Shown here in pieces: positions 1 to 10,325 of a DNA stretch of 64,000 nucleotides. The notes below the pieces were generated by a model that worked only from the letters and a program-made list of their open reading frames with translations, was not told the DNA's origin and ran no database searches. The translations under genes and the position numbers were made by a program. Origin of the DNA: an uncultured Gemmatimonadaceae bacterium (GTDB lineage Bacteria; Latescibacterota; UBA2968; UBA8231); assembly GCA_964512165.1 (NCBI GenBank), contig CAZEHQ010000002.1:2056-66055 (forward strand). The letters run 5' to 3'. The stretch's first letter is position 1. Each line of letters begins with the position of its first letter.

Positions 1-1222
1 GATCGTCCTGGGCCACAGGGGACGACGGGGGTACCGGGAGTCCGTCGCCGCGGCGTACCCGGACGCTGAGCGAGGTGCCCGGGTCCAGGAGGCACGGATC
101 GCGAGCGTGCCCAGCCGCTTCGATGGCTGGACCGCCGCTCCGGGGGAGCAGGCCCTCGACATCCAGGGAGGACGGGTCCTGTCGAGCCGCATGCTGGAGA
201 CCCTGGCGGCCTGCCCCCGCCGTTACCTGTGGCGGGACGTCCTGGGGGTGCGCGCTCTTGAGGAGCCCGGGAGGGACTCGCGCCGATGGCTGCAGCCGCT
301 CGAGATGGGCTCGCTGCTCCACGATCTCTTCCTGACCTACATGCAGAGGCTCGGCGAGCGCGGGGATCGTCCCTCGGCGGCTCACGAGTCCGAGTTGGAG
401 GAGCTTGCGACCGAGGCGATCGCCAGGTGGGGAGAGCGGGTTCCGGCGCCGCTGGAGGCGGCTTTCCGCAACGACTGCCGAAGGATCGAGCGCGCCTGCC
501 GCATCTTCCTGTTCGCCGAGGCGCAGCGCATGGAACAGGATCCGGCGATCACGCCTCGCCGCCTCGAGTGGGACTTCGGGGGTGCGGAGGGGGTGGAGGT
601 TCGCCTGTCGCCCCGGGTCGGATTCCGCCTGCGGGGGCGCATCGACAGGGTCGACCATGTCGAAGGTACCGACGACTACGAGATCTGGGACTACAAGACG
701 GGCAGCACCTGGGGGTATGACTCGTCGGATCTGCTGGCCGGCGGCCGCAATCTGCAGTGGGCCCTGTACTCCTTTGCCCTTCCGAGGCTGCTCGGGAGCG
801 GGGAGGTCCGACGCGCCGGGTACTTCTTCGCCTCGGACCGGGGCTCCGGCCAGCGTATGGCGCAGGAGCCCCCCGCCGCGGACCTGCTGGCCGGAATCCT
901 GCAGCCTCTCTTCGAGCTGGCCAGCGAGGGGTTCTTCCCGGCCCTGCACAAAGGGGACAAGAACGGCGGCGGACCGTGCCGCTTCTGCGACTACCGCCGC
1001 ATCTGCGCCGACGAGGCGCGAGGCGGGCAGCACGTCGATGAACTGACCGAGGCGGCGGCACACGCGGCAGCATTGGTCGAGGGCTGGGCGGAGGCCGCCT
1101 CGGCCTGCCGCGAGCAGTCCCGCCGAGCCCTCGAGGCGCAGCTGGCCACCCTCGGCCTGGAACCTGCCGATGTCGTTCCGGCAGAGGCCGTCGCCCTGGC
1201 CGCGGAATGGATGAGGGAATGA
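1..1222 (+). CDS. addB: AddB-like helicase-nuclease subunit, C-terminal PD-(D/E)XK nuclease domain with Fe-S cysteines (5' partial, continues upstream of window)
   Basis: Frame is open from base 2 with no stop before 107; C-terminal CRFCDYRRIC cysteine cluster and DYKTG motif typical of RecB-family nuclease/AddB; 16-nt overlap with downstream helicase gene. Confidence 0.55.
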   Translation, partial: IVLGHRGRRGYRESVAAAYPDAERGARVQEARIASVPSRFDGWTAAPGEQALDIQGGRVLSSRMLETLAACPRRYLWRDVLGVRALEEPGRDSRRWLQPLEMGSLLHDLFLTYMQRLGERGDRPSAAHESELEELATEAIARWGERVPAPLEAAFRNDCRRIERACRIFLFAEAQRMEQDPAITPRRLEWDFGGAEGVEVRLSPRVGFRLRGRIDRVDHVEGTDDYEIWDYKTGSTWGYDSSDLLAGGRNLQWALYSFALPRLLGSGEVRRAGYFFASDRGSGQRMAQEPPAADLLAGILQPLFELASEGFFPALHKGDKNGGGPCRFCDYRRICADEARGGQHVDELTEAAAHAAALVEGWAEAASACREQSRRALEAQLATLGLEPADVVPAEAVALAAEWMRE

Positions 1223-4200
1223 CCGCCCCGCTGCGCCCGGACCAGGAGGCCCGCCGCCGCATCCGCGAGGACCTCGACGTCAATCTGATGTGCGAGGCGA
1301 GCGCGGGCACCGGCAAGACCCGGGCCCTGGTAGAACGGATGGTGGAGACCGTGGCCTCCGGGGCGGCGGAGATCGACCAGATGGCGGCCATCACCTTCAC
1401 GCGGAAGGCGGCCGGGGAGATGCGGAGCCGGTTCCTCGGGGCCCTGCGCGACAAGGCCGAGGAGGAGGCCCGTCTCAACTCGGGGCGAGCGCGGCGTCTG
1501 CGGCAAGCCGTGCAGCGGGTGGACCAGTGTGCCATCGGCACCATCCACGCCTTCTGCGCCCGCCTCCTGCGCGAGCGCCCCTTCGAGGCGGGGCTGCCGC
1601 CGGACTTCCGCGAGGTGGAGGAGCGCGACGAGGTATGGCTGGTGCGTGAGGCCTGGGACCGCTTCCTGCAGGAGAGGTCGGCGGCCGGCGACGAAAGGCT
1701 GCTGGCCATGGAGGAGACGGGGCTCACGGCGGAGCAGTTCTACGGCTTCTACCGGCAGCGCTGCCTGTTCAGCGATCTGGCGCTGAAACCGACCGAAGGC
1801 CCCCGGCCCGATCTGGGGCCGGCGGTGGCGAGGGCTTGCGAGCTGGTCCGCGAGATCGAGGCCGAGATTCCAGATCCGCTGCCGGAGGGAAGGACGGACA
1901 GCCTGATGGAGACGGCTCGACGCCTGCGCCACTTCGTCGACTTCGCCGGCCCGCCGAGCGACGCGGACCGCGAGCGACTGCTGCGCTCCCTGGCCTCGAC
2001 CCGCCAGACCTCGGTGACCCTGAAGTGCTGGGGGCCAAGGGGCAGTCCGGAGCAGGCGACGGCTCGACGTCTGCGCGACGAGGAGCTGCCCGCCTTCCGC
2101 GATGGCGTCCTCAAGCCCTTGCTGGGAGAGTGGCGCCAGTACGTGTACCGCCTGACCGGCGATCTGGTGGACGAGGCCATGGGGTTCTACCGCCGGTCCC
2201 GCATGGAGGCGGCGACGCTGACCTTCAACGACCTGCTTGAGCTCACCGAGTCGCTGCTGCGAGAATCGCACGGCGCCCGGGTGGTCCTGCAGAGGCGGTA
2301 CCGGCGTCTCTTCGTCGACGAGTTCCAGGACACCGACCCGCTCCAGGCTGCGATCCTCCTCTACCTGACCGCGGACGACCACGGGGAGCGCGACTGGCGG
2401 CGGCTGGTCCCGGCGCCGGGCCGGCTGTTCCTGGTCGGAGACGAAAAGCAGGCCATCTACCGCTTCCGCCGCGCCGATCTCGAGGTCTACCGCCTGGTCC
2501 GCGACCAGATCTCCGGCTCCGGTGGCGACGTCGTGGAGCTGACTACCAGCTTCCGGTCGCGGCCCGGAGTCGTGGGGTGGTTGAACGATGCCTTCGAGCC
2601 CCAGTTCGAGAGTCACGACGCCCGCTACCAGGCGGCGTATCGCCGCCTGACACCAGAGCTTCCCGAGAAGAGCGGGGCCGGCGTCTATCGGATGAGAGGG
2701 CGGGCGGGGGAAGGCGGCCGCATGGAGCAGGCGCGCGAGGAGGCGGATCGGATCGCCGGGTTCATCGCCGCCGCCCTGAGGGGCGGCACCGACCTCAACG
2801 GGGTGGATGAGGTTCTCGGCGAGACCGCCAGCCCCGGCGACTTCATGATCCTGACCCGCACCCGCCGGCATCTGTCCGAGTATTCCCGAGCCCTGGAGGA
2901 GCACGGACTCCCATACGACGTCACGGGCGCCGGGTCCCTGCGCTCATCCGCAGAGCTGCGCGCCCTGGTGGATGCCCTGGAGGCCGTCCTGCGGCCGGAT
3001 GACTCCGTGGCCCTGATCGCCAGCCTTCGGGGCCCCCTCTACGGGCTCGGCGACGATGACCTCTACCGCCTGCGGAAAGCGGGATGGCGGTTCCGCGTTA
3101 CCGGGGATGCGCCGGAGGGCCTTGAGGCCCCGCTGAACGAGCGCCTCGATGGCGCCCTCCGCAGCCTGCGCCAACTGCGCCGTGATCTGGACCGGCGCCC
3201 GGCCGCCGCCGCCCTCGAGCGCTTCGTCGAAGACTCGGGTCTGGCCGCGGTGGCCGCCAGCCGGCGGGGGGGGGCCTCCCGGGTCGGCAATCTGCTGAGG
3301 GTGCTGTCGATGGTGCGCGAGTGGCAGGGCCGGCGCGGGCTCGACTGGGCGCGCATCGTCGCCTGTTTGCGGGATCTGCTCGAAGAGGACGAGCTGAGAG
3401 TGGAGGAGATGACCCTCGAGACGGGGCGCCCCGACGTGGTCCGGGTGATGAACCTGCACCAGGCCAAGGGTCTCGAGGCGAAGGTGGTGTTCCTGGCCGA
3501 TCCCGCCGATCAGTCGGCGGCGCGGCAGACGGTCGACACCCATGTGTCCCGCCTGGGGGATTCCCCGCACCTGTCGATGGCGGTCACCATGGGCGGGCGC
3601 TTTCGACCGGTGGTGCTGGCCGAGCCCGCAGGGTGGGAGCAGGACCAGGCCGAGGAGGAACGGTTCGCCTCCGCCGAGGATTTGCGCCTCGTCTATGTCG
3701 CCGCAACCAGGGCCAGAGACGTGCTGGTCGTCTCGCTGCCGGCCCACCGCAGCGGCGGTCCCTGGTCGCCGCTCGATCATCGGTTGAGCGGGGCTCGCGA
3801 GTTGCCCGTTCCCGCCGCGGACCCTCCCGCGCCGGCGCCGCGGGACTCGCCTCCCGCCGCCGACTTCGCGGAGCTCCGTCGGGAGCGGGAGCGGGCACTG
3901 GCGGCGGCGGCCGAGCCCTCCTACGGCCAGACGGTGGTGACCGAGGAGGAAGAGCTGGCGGCGGGCGAGGCGGACCCGGAAACCCGCGGACGGGGGTGGA
4001 GCTACGGGACCGCGGTGCACCGGCTGCTGGAAAGCCTGGCGACCCGGCGTCTCGAGGGGCTGGACGAAGCCGCCCTCCGCGACTTCGTCCGTGGTATACT
4101 GTTGGAGGAGGGACTGGACCCCGAGGCCCTGGAGCAGGCGGCCATGACGGCGATCGACCGCTTCCGGGGATCCGAGCTCTGGGGCGAGCTTCTGGCGGCC

Positions 4201-4488
4201 GGAGACGAGGTGCACGCCGAGGTGCCCTTCGGAGAAGCCCGCGGCGAGGGGGTGCGCCGGGGGGTGATCGACCTGGTGTACCGCGTCGGGGAAGGCGCCT
4301 GGAAGGTGGTCGACTACAAGACCCACCGCGGGGAAGGGGACTCGGCGATGGAGAGCCTGGCGGCGCGCTACGCGGACCAGGTAGCCGCCTATGCCGAGCA
4401 CTGGGAGAGGGCGAGCGGAGAACGAGTGACCGAACGGGGCCTGTGGCTGGCCTCCTCCGACGGTGCGGATCGATACATCGGCCTGTGA
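1207..4488 (+). CDS. addA: UvrD/REP-type helicase with C-terminal RecB-like nuclease (AddA/RexA-like)
   Basis: Walker A AGTGKT, helicase motifs (LFLVGDEKQAIYRFRRAD), C-terminal VIDLVYR...VVDYKTH PD-(D/E)XK motif; 1093 aa. Confidence 0.8.
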   Translation: MDEGMTAPLRPDQEARRRIREDLDVNLMCEASAGTGKTRALVERMVETVASGAAEIDQMAAITFTRKAAGEMRSRFLGALRDKAEEEARLNSGRARRLRQAVQRVDQCAIGTIHAFCARLLRERPFEAGLPPDFREVEERDEVWLVREAWDRFLQERSAAGDERLLAMEETGLTAEQFYGFYRQRCLFSDLALKPTEGPRPDLGPAVARACELVREIEAEIPDPLPEGRTDSLMETARRLRHFVDFAGPPSDADRERLLRSLASTRQTSVTLKCWGPRGSPEQATARRLRDEELPAFRDGVLKPLLGEWRQYVYRLTGDLVDEAMGFYRRSRMEAATLTFNDLLELTESLLRESHGARVVLQRRYRRLFVDEFQDTDPLQAAILLYLTADDHGERDWRRLVPAPGRLFLVGDEKQAIYRFRRADLEVYRLVRDQISGSGGDVVELTTSFRSRPGVVGWLNDAFEPQFESHDARYQAAYRRLTPELPEKSGAGVYRMRGRAGEGGRMEQAREEADRIAGFIAAALRGGTDLNGVDEVLGETASPGDFMILTRTRRHLSEYSRALEEHGLPYDVTGAGSLRSSAELRALVDALEAVLRPDDSVALIASLRGPLYGLGDDDLYRLRKAGWRFRVTGDAPEGLEAPLNERLDGALRSLRQLRRDLDRRPAAAALERFVEDSGLAAVAASRRGGASRVGNLLRVLSMVREWQGRRGLDWARIVACLRDLLEEDELRVEEMTLETGRPDVVRVMNLHQAKGLEAKVVFLADPADQSAARQTVDTHVSRLGDSPHLSMAVTMGGRFRPVVLAEPAGWEQDQAEEERFASAEDLRLVYVAATRARDVLVVSLPAHRSGGPWSPLDHRLSGARELPVPAADPPAPAPRDSPPAADFAELRRERERALAAAAEPSYGQTVVTEEEELAAGEADPETRGRGWSYGTAVHRLLESLATRRLEGLDEAALRDFVRGILLEEGLDPEALEQAAMTAIDRFRGSELWGELLAAGDEVHAEVPFGEARGEGVRRGVIDLVYRVGEGAWKVVDYKTHRGEGDSAMESLAARYADQVAAYAEHWERASGERVTERGLWLASSDGADRYIGL

Positions 4489-4562
4489 CGGTCTTCGTTG
4501 CCGGGATCAGAGCCCCGTTCTAAGTTGACTCCGCCCCCCTTGACGCACCTCCAAGGATCATC

Positions 4563-5663
4563 ATGAGCCCATCCGGGACGACCTACACCGATACCGGTGT
4601 GAAGACCGGGGCGGCGGACGCGGCCCTCGCCCGGCTCGTCGCCCATGTCAGCCGCCCCCGGCACCGCCGGGAGGACGGTTCCCGCATCGGCGAGAGCCTC
4701 TTGGAGAGCGGTCTCTACGCCTCGGTTCTCGGCCTGGATGACCGCCGCGGCCTGGCGCTCACCACGGACGGCGTGGGTACCAAGGTCCTGGTGGCGGAGA
4801 TGGTGGGCCGCTACGACACCATCGGCATCGACTGCGTGGCCATGAACGTCAACGATCTCGTGTGCGTGGGCGCCGAGCCCCTGGCCATGCTCGATTACCT
4901 GGCCGTGCAGAGGGTCGATCCCGACGTCTTCGACCAGATCGGCCAGGGCCTGGCCGCGGGCGCCGAGATGGCCAACATCTCCATCCCCGGGGGCGAGGTG
5001 TCGCAGATGAAGGAGATCATCCGCGGCCTCGAAGAAGGCCAGGGCGTCGATCTCGTCGGCGCCGCCGCCGGTCTGGTCGATCTCGATCGACTGGTGGTGG
5101 GCGAGGGCATCGAGGACGGAGATGCAGTAGTCGGCCTCGTCAGCAACGGGCTCCACTCCAACGGCTATTCCCTCGTGCGAAGCGTCCTCTTCGGCACGCT
5201 CGGGCTGGACGCTACCGACCACGTACCCGAGTTCGGCCACACCGTCGCGGAGGAGTTGCTGCGGCCCACGTCGATCTATGTTCGACCGGCGATGGCCATG
5301 CTGCGGGCTGGTCTCCGGGTCCGGGCCTTCAGCCACTTGACCTCCGGGGGCTTCCTGAACCTGCTGCGCGTCCGGAGCCGGACCGGTTTCGTCCTCCACG
5401 CCCTGCCCGATCCGCAGCCCGTCTTCGACCTCATCCGGCGCGCCGGCCCGGTGGCCGACGAGGAGATGCACCGGGTCTTCAACATGGGCATCGGCTTCGG
5501 GGTCGTGGTGCCCGAGGTCGAGGCCGACGCCGTCCGCCGGACCGCCTCGGAGCACGGGTTCGAGAGCCTGGTCCTCGGCCATGCCAGCTCCAGCCATGCC
5601 GGACGGATCCTCCTCGAGCCCCGGGGGCTGGTCGGCGAGGGCGACAGTTTCCGCCCCGTGTGA
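4563..5663 (+). CDS. purM: phosphoribosylformylglycinamidine cyclo-ligase (AIR synthase)
   Basis: Colinear with E. coli PurM: YTDTGV, DGVGTK, DTIGIDCVAMNVNDL, GAEPL..LDY, NGLHSNGYSLVR, HLTSGGF. Confidence 0.8.
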   Translation: MSPSGTTYTDTGVKTGAADAALARLVAHVSRPRHRREDGSRIGESLLESGLYASVLGLDDRRGLALTTDGVGTKVLVAEMVGRYDTIGIDCVAMNVNDLVCVGAEPLAMLDYLAVQRVDPDVFDQIGQGLAAGAEMANISIPGGEVSQMKEIIRGLEEGQGVDLVGAAAGLVDLDRLVVGEGIEDGDAVVGLVSNGLHSNGYSLVRSVLFGTLGLDATDHVPEFGHTVAEELLRPTSIYVRPAMAMLRAGLRVRAFSHLTSGGFLNLLRVRSRTGFVLHALPDPQPVFDLIRRAGPVADEEMHRVFNMGIGFGVVVPEVEADAVRRTASEHGFESLVLGHASSSHAGRILLEPRGLVGEGDSFRPV

Positions 5664-5717
5664 GGCCGGACTTCGGCCCCAAGAGCGCCCGGCACTCTAC
5701 AAGGCCGTCCAGACCAA

Positions 5718-6596
5718 GTGTTCAAGACTGTCCATCAAGCCGTTTGGGCCTTCGACGCCGAGTGGGTGCCCGATGCCGACACCGGAAGGCGGGTGTACGC
5801 GCTGTCCTCCGACTGCACCGACGAGGAGGTCGTGGCCGAGATGTACCAGCGGGGCGGGGCAACCGACGAGGAACCGCGGCCCTACCTCAAGACGGTCATG
5901 TGCCGCCTGGTCTCGCTGTCGGCGGTGACTCGCACCGAGGAGGAGGGCGGAGCGGTGCGCCTGCAGCTGCGCTCTCTGCCAGCGACCACGAACCCGAAGG
6001 CGCGCCAGGCGTCGGAGCCCGAGATCGTCCGCCGGTTTCTGGACGGAGTCGGCCGAGCCAAGCCCCAGATGGTGGGCTACAACTCGGGATCGGCGGATCT
6101 GCGCATTCTGGTGCAGCGAGGGGTGGTTCACGGCATTCGGGCCGCCGCCTTTGCCGAGCGTCCCGACAAGCCCTGGGAGGGCGTCGACTACTTCGCGGGC
6201 GGAGACTGGCACGTCGACCTGATCGAGATCCTCGGTGGCTGGGGCCGCGGTCGACCGTCCCTGCACGAGATGGCGTCGGCCTGCGGGATTCCCGGCAAGT
6301 TCTCGGGCGCGGGGGACAGCGTCCAGGACCTGTGGGCGAGAGGAGAGCTGGGGGCCATCATCGCCTACAACGAGTTCGATGCCCTGACGACGTACCTGCT
6401 GTGGCTCCGGGTGGCCCATTTCGGTGGATTCTACGACTCGGACCAGTACCGGGAGGAAGAGAACCGGGTGCGGGACCTGCTCGAGCGCGAGTCGGCCAGG
6501 GCCGGAAGAGGGCACCTGGCCGAGTATCTTCAGGAGTGGAACCGCACCCGGCGCCCAGAGGTTGCCGCCAGGACGCAGCTGAATCTCGGTCTGTGA
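5718..6596 (+). CDS. DEDDy 3'-5' exonuclease, PolB-exonuclease-like (COG3298/DNA_pol_B_exo2 type)
   Basis: Exo I FDAEW, Exo II YNSGSADL, Exo III YNEFDALTTY; GTG start, no clear SD. Confidence 0.55.
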   Translation: MFKTVHQAVWAFDAEWVPDADTGRRVYALSSDCTDEEVVAEMYQRGGATDEEPRPYLKTVMCRLVSLSAVTRTEEEGGAVRLQLRSLPATTNPKARQASEPEIVRRFLDGVGRAKPQMVGYNSGSADLRILVQRGVVHGIRAAAFAERPDKPWEGVDYFAGGDWHVDLIEILGGWGRGRPSLHEMASACGIPGKFSGAGDSVQDLWARGELGAIIAYNEFDALTTYLLWLRVAHFGGFYDSDQYREEENRVRDLLERESARAGRGHLAEYLQEWNRTRRPEVAARTQLNLGL

Positions 6597-6720
6597 AGCA
6601 GAGAGCGGGATCGGCCTCGGCGAGCGGGGGAGGGGTGGCGCCGGGACGGATAGGCCCGTTATAGTATCGATACGTGCCCGCCGCCAGTAAAACGGATCGA
6701 GCCCCAGGCCCAAAGGGGAT

Positions 6721-7875
6721 GTGGTGACAACGGTCCCTCGTTCGGGGATGTCCCGGTCAGCCGTCAAGACCTTCGAGCCTCCGTCCCTCCCCCCTCCCGG
6801 TCTGCGGCTGGACGGAGTCACCCACCGCGCCCTGTCCGAGGCCGACCGGGCCCTCGGTTTCCTGTACGGCCAGATCGCGGCTCGTGAGACCGCCGCGGAT
6901 CTGATCGCATTGGCCTGCCGGCGCGAGGCGGTCGCCTCCTGCCGGCTGGACGGCAGCCGGATCACCCTGCGAGACCTGCTCTGGTGGGAGTTGGACGGGA
7001 ACAGGGCGAATCGGCTCGGTGTCCCCGCGGGTGAAGCGCGGATCTGTGCGAACTACGCGAAGGCGATCGGGAGCATGCTCCCGGAGTCCGCCCAGGGACA
7101 GGACGACGCCGTGAGCCAGAGGGGGCTCCGATCCCTTCACAAGGCTCTCTTCGCCAGGCTCCGCGGCCGCGATGACCGGCCCGGCGAGTTCCGCCGGACG
7201 ATGATCTGGCTGGGCCCGGAGGGGAGCACCGCGGCGACGGCGCACTTCGTACCTCCACTACCGCAGAGAATCCCGGAGCACGTGGATCGGCTCCAGGCCT
7301 TCTGGAGAAGGGACGCGCCACTCCCGCCGCTGGCCAGGATCGCCCTGGTCTCTCTGCAACTGGAGTCCCTTCACCCCTTCGTCGACGGCAGCGGCCGGGT
7401 CAGCCGCCTGTGCCTGTTGCGGATGCTGCAGAGCGCCCACGGAGCCTGGCCGCAGTTGCTGACTCCTTCGGCGGCGATGGCCGCCGACATCGGCGAGCAC
7501 TTCCGCCATCAGCAGCGGGCGCGGATTCAGGGGGATTGGGAGGGCTGGATCCGCTACTTTGCCGGGCGGCTGGAGGAGGCGGCCGTAGCGGCTGCCAGCC
7601 GCCTGGAGCGGATGGACGCGGAGCTTCGGGAGCAGGAGGACCGGATCGGCCAGCACATGGCGGGACTGCGGCAGACGGCAGGGGCACTTCTGGGGGAGCT
7701 GGTCTCCAAGCCCCTCATCACGGTGTCCGACGTAGCCCGCATCTGCGACCGGACCTTTGCCAACGCCAATCTGCTGGTCGGCCGGCTGGAGGAGCTCGGT
7801 CTACTGCAGGAAATCACGGGCCGCCGGCGCAATCGTCGGTTCCTCTACTCACTCTACTGGGAGGAAGGGCCATGA
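6721..7875 (+). CDS. Fic family protein (AMPylator-type, class II architecture with C-terminal wHTH)
   Basis: Fic motif HPFVDGSGRVSRL; N-terminal inhibitory-helix-like segment; start uncertain between 6721 and 6748. Confidence 0.8.
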   Translation: MVTTVPRSGMSRSAVKTFEPPSLPPPGLRLDGVTHRALSEADRALGFLYGQIAARETAADLIALACRREAVASCRLDGSRITLRDLLWWELDGNRANRLGVPAGEARICANYAKAIGSMLPESAQGQDDAVSQRGLRSLHKALFARLRGRDDRPGEFRRTMIWLGPEGSTAATAHFVPPLPQRIPEHVDRLQAFWRRDAPLPPLARIALVSLQLESLHPFVDGSGRVSRLCLLRMLQSAHGAWPQLLTPSAAMAADIGEHFRHQQRARIQGDWEGWIRYFAGRLEEAAVAAASRLERMDAELREQEDRIGQHMAGLRQTAGALLGELVSKPLITVSDVARICDRTFANANLLVGRLEELGLLQEITGRRRNRRFLYSLYWEEGP

Positions 7876-8201
7876 GCAGGCGCTATTATTGCAGTGGCGG
7901 CCAATTCAATACGACAGAGGGCCTTGTAGGGGCCCCCCCTTGGGAAGGTGGGTGAGCCCTGCGCACGACCTCGACGGCGCCGGGGAGGGCTGACGAACCA
8001 GCTCCGGCGTGCGGCGGCCACAGGGGCGCGTGCCGGGGTGGAGGCCGGCCCCCCCGTGGGTGGTCTTGCCTGAGGGGGGAGGAGGACACCGGGGAGGGGT
8101 GATTTTTCAGGTGGCCGAGCCCGTCGGAAAACGTTACCTTCTCGGGTCACGCCCAATCATCCTTCCCCCCCACGGCACGCGGCCAAGGAGTGATTGCCCA
8201 A

Positions 8202-9053
8202 GTGAACTACGAAAGCTGGACGGACGAGGATGTCAGTCTGCAGACGTATTTCAATGAGATCGCAAGTTCACAGCCGCTGTCCCGGGAGAAAGAGGCCGAG
8301 TTGGCCGAGCGCATCGCCGCCGGCGACGAGCGGGCTCGAGAAGAGCTCGCCGAGGCCAATCTCCTGTTCGTCGTCACCGTAGCCAAGCAGTATCGCAACC
8401 GCGGCCTGTCCTTCTCGGAGTTGATCAGCGCCGGCAACCTCGGGCTGATGACCGCCGTGGACAGGTTCGACGCCACGCGGGGTTACAAGTTCATCTCCTA
8501 TGCGGTGTGGTGGATCCGCCAGGCGATTCAGCAAGCCCTGGCCGAAGACAGCCGCACAGTCCGCCTTCCGCTGAACCGCCTCAACCTCCTTCGCAAGATC
8601 GCCCGCACCGCGCAGCAGCTCGGTAATGCCAACGAAGGCGAGCCCCACGACGAGGAGATCGCCGCGGCCCTGGAGCTGTCCATCACGGAGGTGCGGGACA
8701 CCATGTTGAGCGGGCGGCGCGCCGTGTCACTCGACCGCGCCGTCTTCGACGAGGACGAGGACACGACCCTGCTCAAGCGGTTGGCCGACCCGGCCCAGGA
8801 GCAGCCGGACGAGTGCATCACCCGGTCCTCCAGCCAGCAGCAGCTGGAGAAGGTTCTCGAGGGTCTCGACGAGCGCGAGCACGAGATCATCCAGCTCTAC
8901 TTCGGCCTCGACGGCTCAGAGCCGATGACCCTCGAGCAGATCGGCGACCGCATGGGGCTCACGCGGGAGCGCATCCGCCAGCTCAAGGAGCGGGCCTTTT
9001 GCAAGCTGCGACACCCCTCACGCCACGAGGAGCTGCGGTCCCTCGAGGACTGA
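8202..9053 (+). CDS. RNA polymerase sigma factor, sigma-70 family (RpoD-like group 2/3, about 284 aa)
   Basis: Region 2 (FISYAVWWIRQAI), region 4 HTH (LTLEQIGDRMGLTRERIRQLKERA); GTG at 8202 preceded by AAGGAG at 8185-8190. Confidence 0.85.
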   Translation: MNYESWTDEDVSLQTYFNEIASSQPLSREKEAELAERIAAGDERAREELAEANLLFVVTVAKQYRNRGLSFSELISAGNLGLMTAVDRFDATRGYKFISYAVWWIRQAIQQALAEDSRTVRLPLNRLNLLRKIARTAQQLGNANEGEPHDEEIAAALELSITEVRDTMLSGRRAVSLDRAVFDEDEDTTLLKRLADPAQEQPDECITRSSSQQQLEKVLEGLDEREHEIIQLYFGLDGSEPMTLEQIGDRMGLTRERIRQLKERAFCKLRHPSRHEELRSLED

Positions 9054-9074
9054 GAGCGCTACGCCGAAAAGCAC

Positions 9075-9104
9075 GGCGGCCTCTGCCTCAGGGCGGGGGC
9101 CGCC
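9075..9104. terminator. GC hairpin between convergent genes (possible bidirectional terminator, no U-tract)
   Basis: ggcggcc ... ggccgcc 7-bp stem with internal gcc/ggc pairing, located between stop codons at 9053 and 9137. Confidence 0.3.
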
Positions 9105-9136
9105 TTCGCATGTACGGACGGGCGCGCTGGGCGGAC

Positions 9137-10204
9137 TCAGACGTGAAAGACGTAGAGATCGCGGTCAACGCCGGGCAGCTCGACCCAGGCCCCGCCTCGC
9201 CGGTGGGACTCCGCCACCCCCAGGCAGGCCTCGGTGATGTGATGGGTCACGTCGATGTGGCCCCGCGTCGGCCTTCCTTCCTCGTGGGCGTTGAGGAGAT
9301 CCTCCAGGCAGGAGACCACCGTGCTCCTCGGTTCCACGGCCGGGAGCGCGGCATCGGACCAGCTGCGTCCCTCGCCAACCCGCAGGCTGGCGCCGGCGCC
9401 GTTGCCCAGGGACCGGACGGTGCCCTCGGACCCAATGACCTCGAACTCCCAGGGGGCAGCCGGGACCGACCACGCCTGCACGCCGCCGGTGAAACGCAGC
9501 TGGTAGGTGGAGGTTGGATCGAAGGGCACGTGGCCGTCCTCGATGACGTATTCGGGGGGATCGAACTCCCCGCGTACGTGGGTGATCTCCGGGTCCCCGA
9601 TCAGCCAGGAGACCGTGTCGATGGAATGGATGTGGCCGTGGAGCAGGCTCGATGCGGCGTAGTGGACGACGACCCTGGGCTCGCCGATGCGGCCTCCGAG
9701 GACGGCGTCGCGCACCACGTCGTAGCGGTTGTCGAAGCGGCGGAGCACCCCGCTGTTGAACACGGTGCCGTTGCGCTTCACGGCGTCGCGGATCTCGTCG
9801 GCCCTCTGCATGGAGCAGGCCATGGCCTTCTCGACGTAGAGCATGGGCACCGCCAGATCGGCCAGGGCCACGGCCAAGTCGGCATGGGAGTCGCCGCGGA
9901 AGGACGGATCCGGGCTCTCCCGGCCGGGCTTCTGCAGGCCGGTGGCCGTCGTGCACACGGCGACCAGGTCCGGCCTCTCCTGCTCGACCATGGCCCGGAA
10001 GTCCTCGTACACGGCCTCCACGCCCCAGCGCTCGGTGAAGTCCTTCCGCCGTTCGGCGAGGAGGTCGCAGCCGGCGGCCAGCTCCAAGCGGCTGCTGGCC
10101 CGGGCGGATGCGGCGATGGAGTAGGGCAGGTTGGAGTGGCCTTCGTCGTCGATGGTGGACCCCATTCGGCCCAAGCCGATGACGCCGACTCGGTAGGTGG
10201 GCAT
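9137..10204 (-). CDS. Gfo/Idh/MocA family NAD(P)-dependent oxidoreductase
   Basis: N-terminal Rossmann RVGVIGLGRMG; start refined to internal ATG at 10204 (ORF extends to 10333). Confidence 0.8.
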   Translation of the reverse strand: MPTYRVGVIGLGRMGSTIDDEGHSNLPYSIAASARASSRLELAAGCDLLAERRKDFTERWGVEAVYEDFRAMVEQERPDLVAVCTTATGLQKPGRESPDPSFRGDSHADLAVALADLAVPMLYVEKAMACSMQRADEIRDAVKRNGTVFNSGVLRRFDNRYDVVRDAVLGGRIGEPRVVVHYAASSLLHGHIHSIDTVSWLIGDPEITHVRGEFDPPEYVIEDGHVPFDPTSTYQLRFTGGVQAWSVPAAPWEFEVIGSEGTVRSLGNGAGASLRVGEGRSWSDAALPAVEPRSTVVSCLEDLLNAHEEGRPTRGHIDVTHHITEACLGVAESHRRGGAWVELPGVDRDLYVFHV

Positions 10205-10325
10205 GATCTGTCTCCGGATGATGAGCGGGGCCCAAGTATAGAGGCCCGCCACCCTGGTGCCACCCCCAGGGGCGGAAGGAGTGCGATTGGTCGCGGCCTC
10301 GAGGAGAGGCCAGATTCCGGACGCC

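Noticed and set aside
991-2904. 637-aa minus-strand ORF and similar long antisense ORFs (549..1727, 2944..4401, 9165..11228, 16701..18716, 20050..21282, 23300..24910, 27269..29320, 34153..36093, 47601..49970)
   Set aside because: All overlap strongly supported genes on the opposite strand and translate to Arg/Pro/Gly/Ala-rich low-complexity sequence typical of GC-rich non-coding frames.
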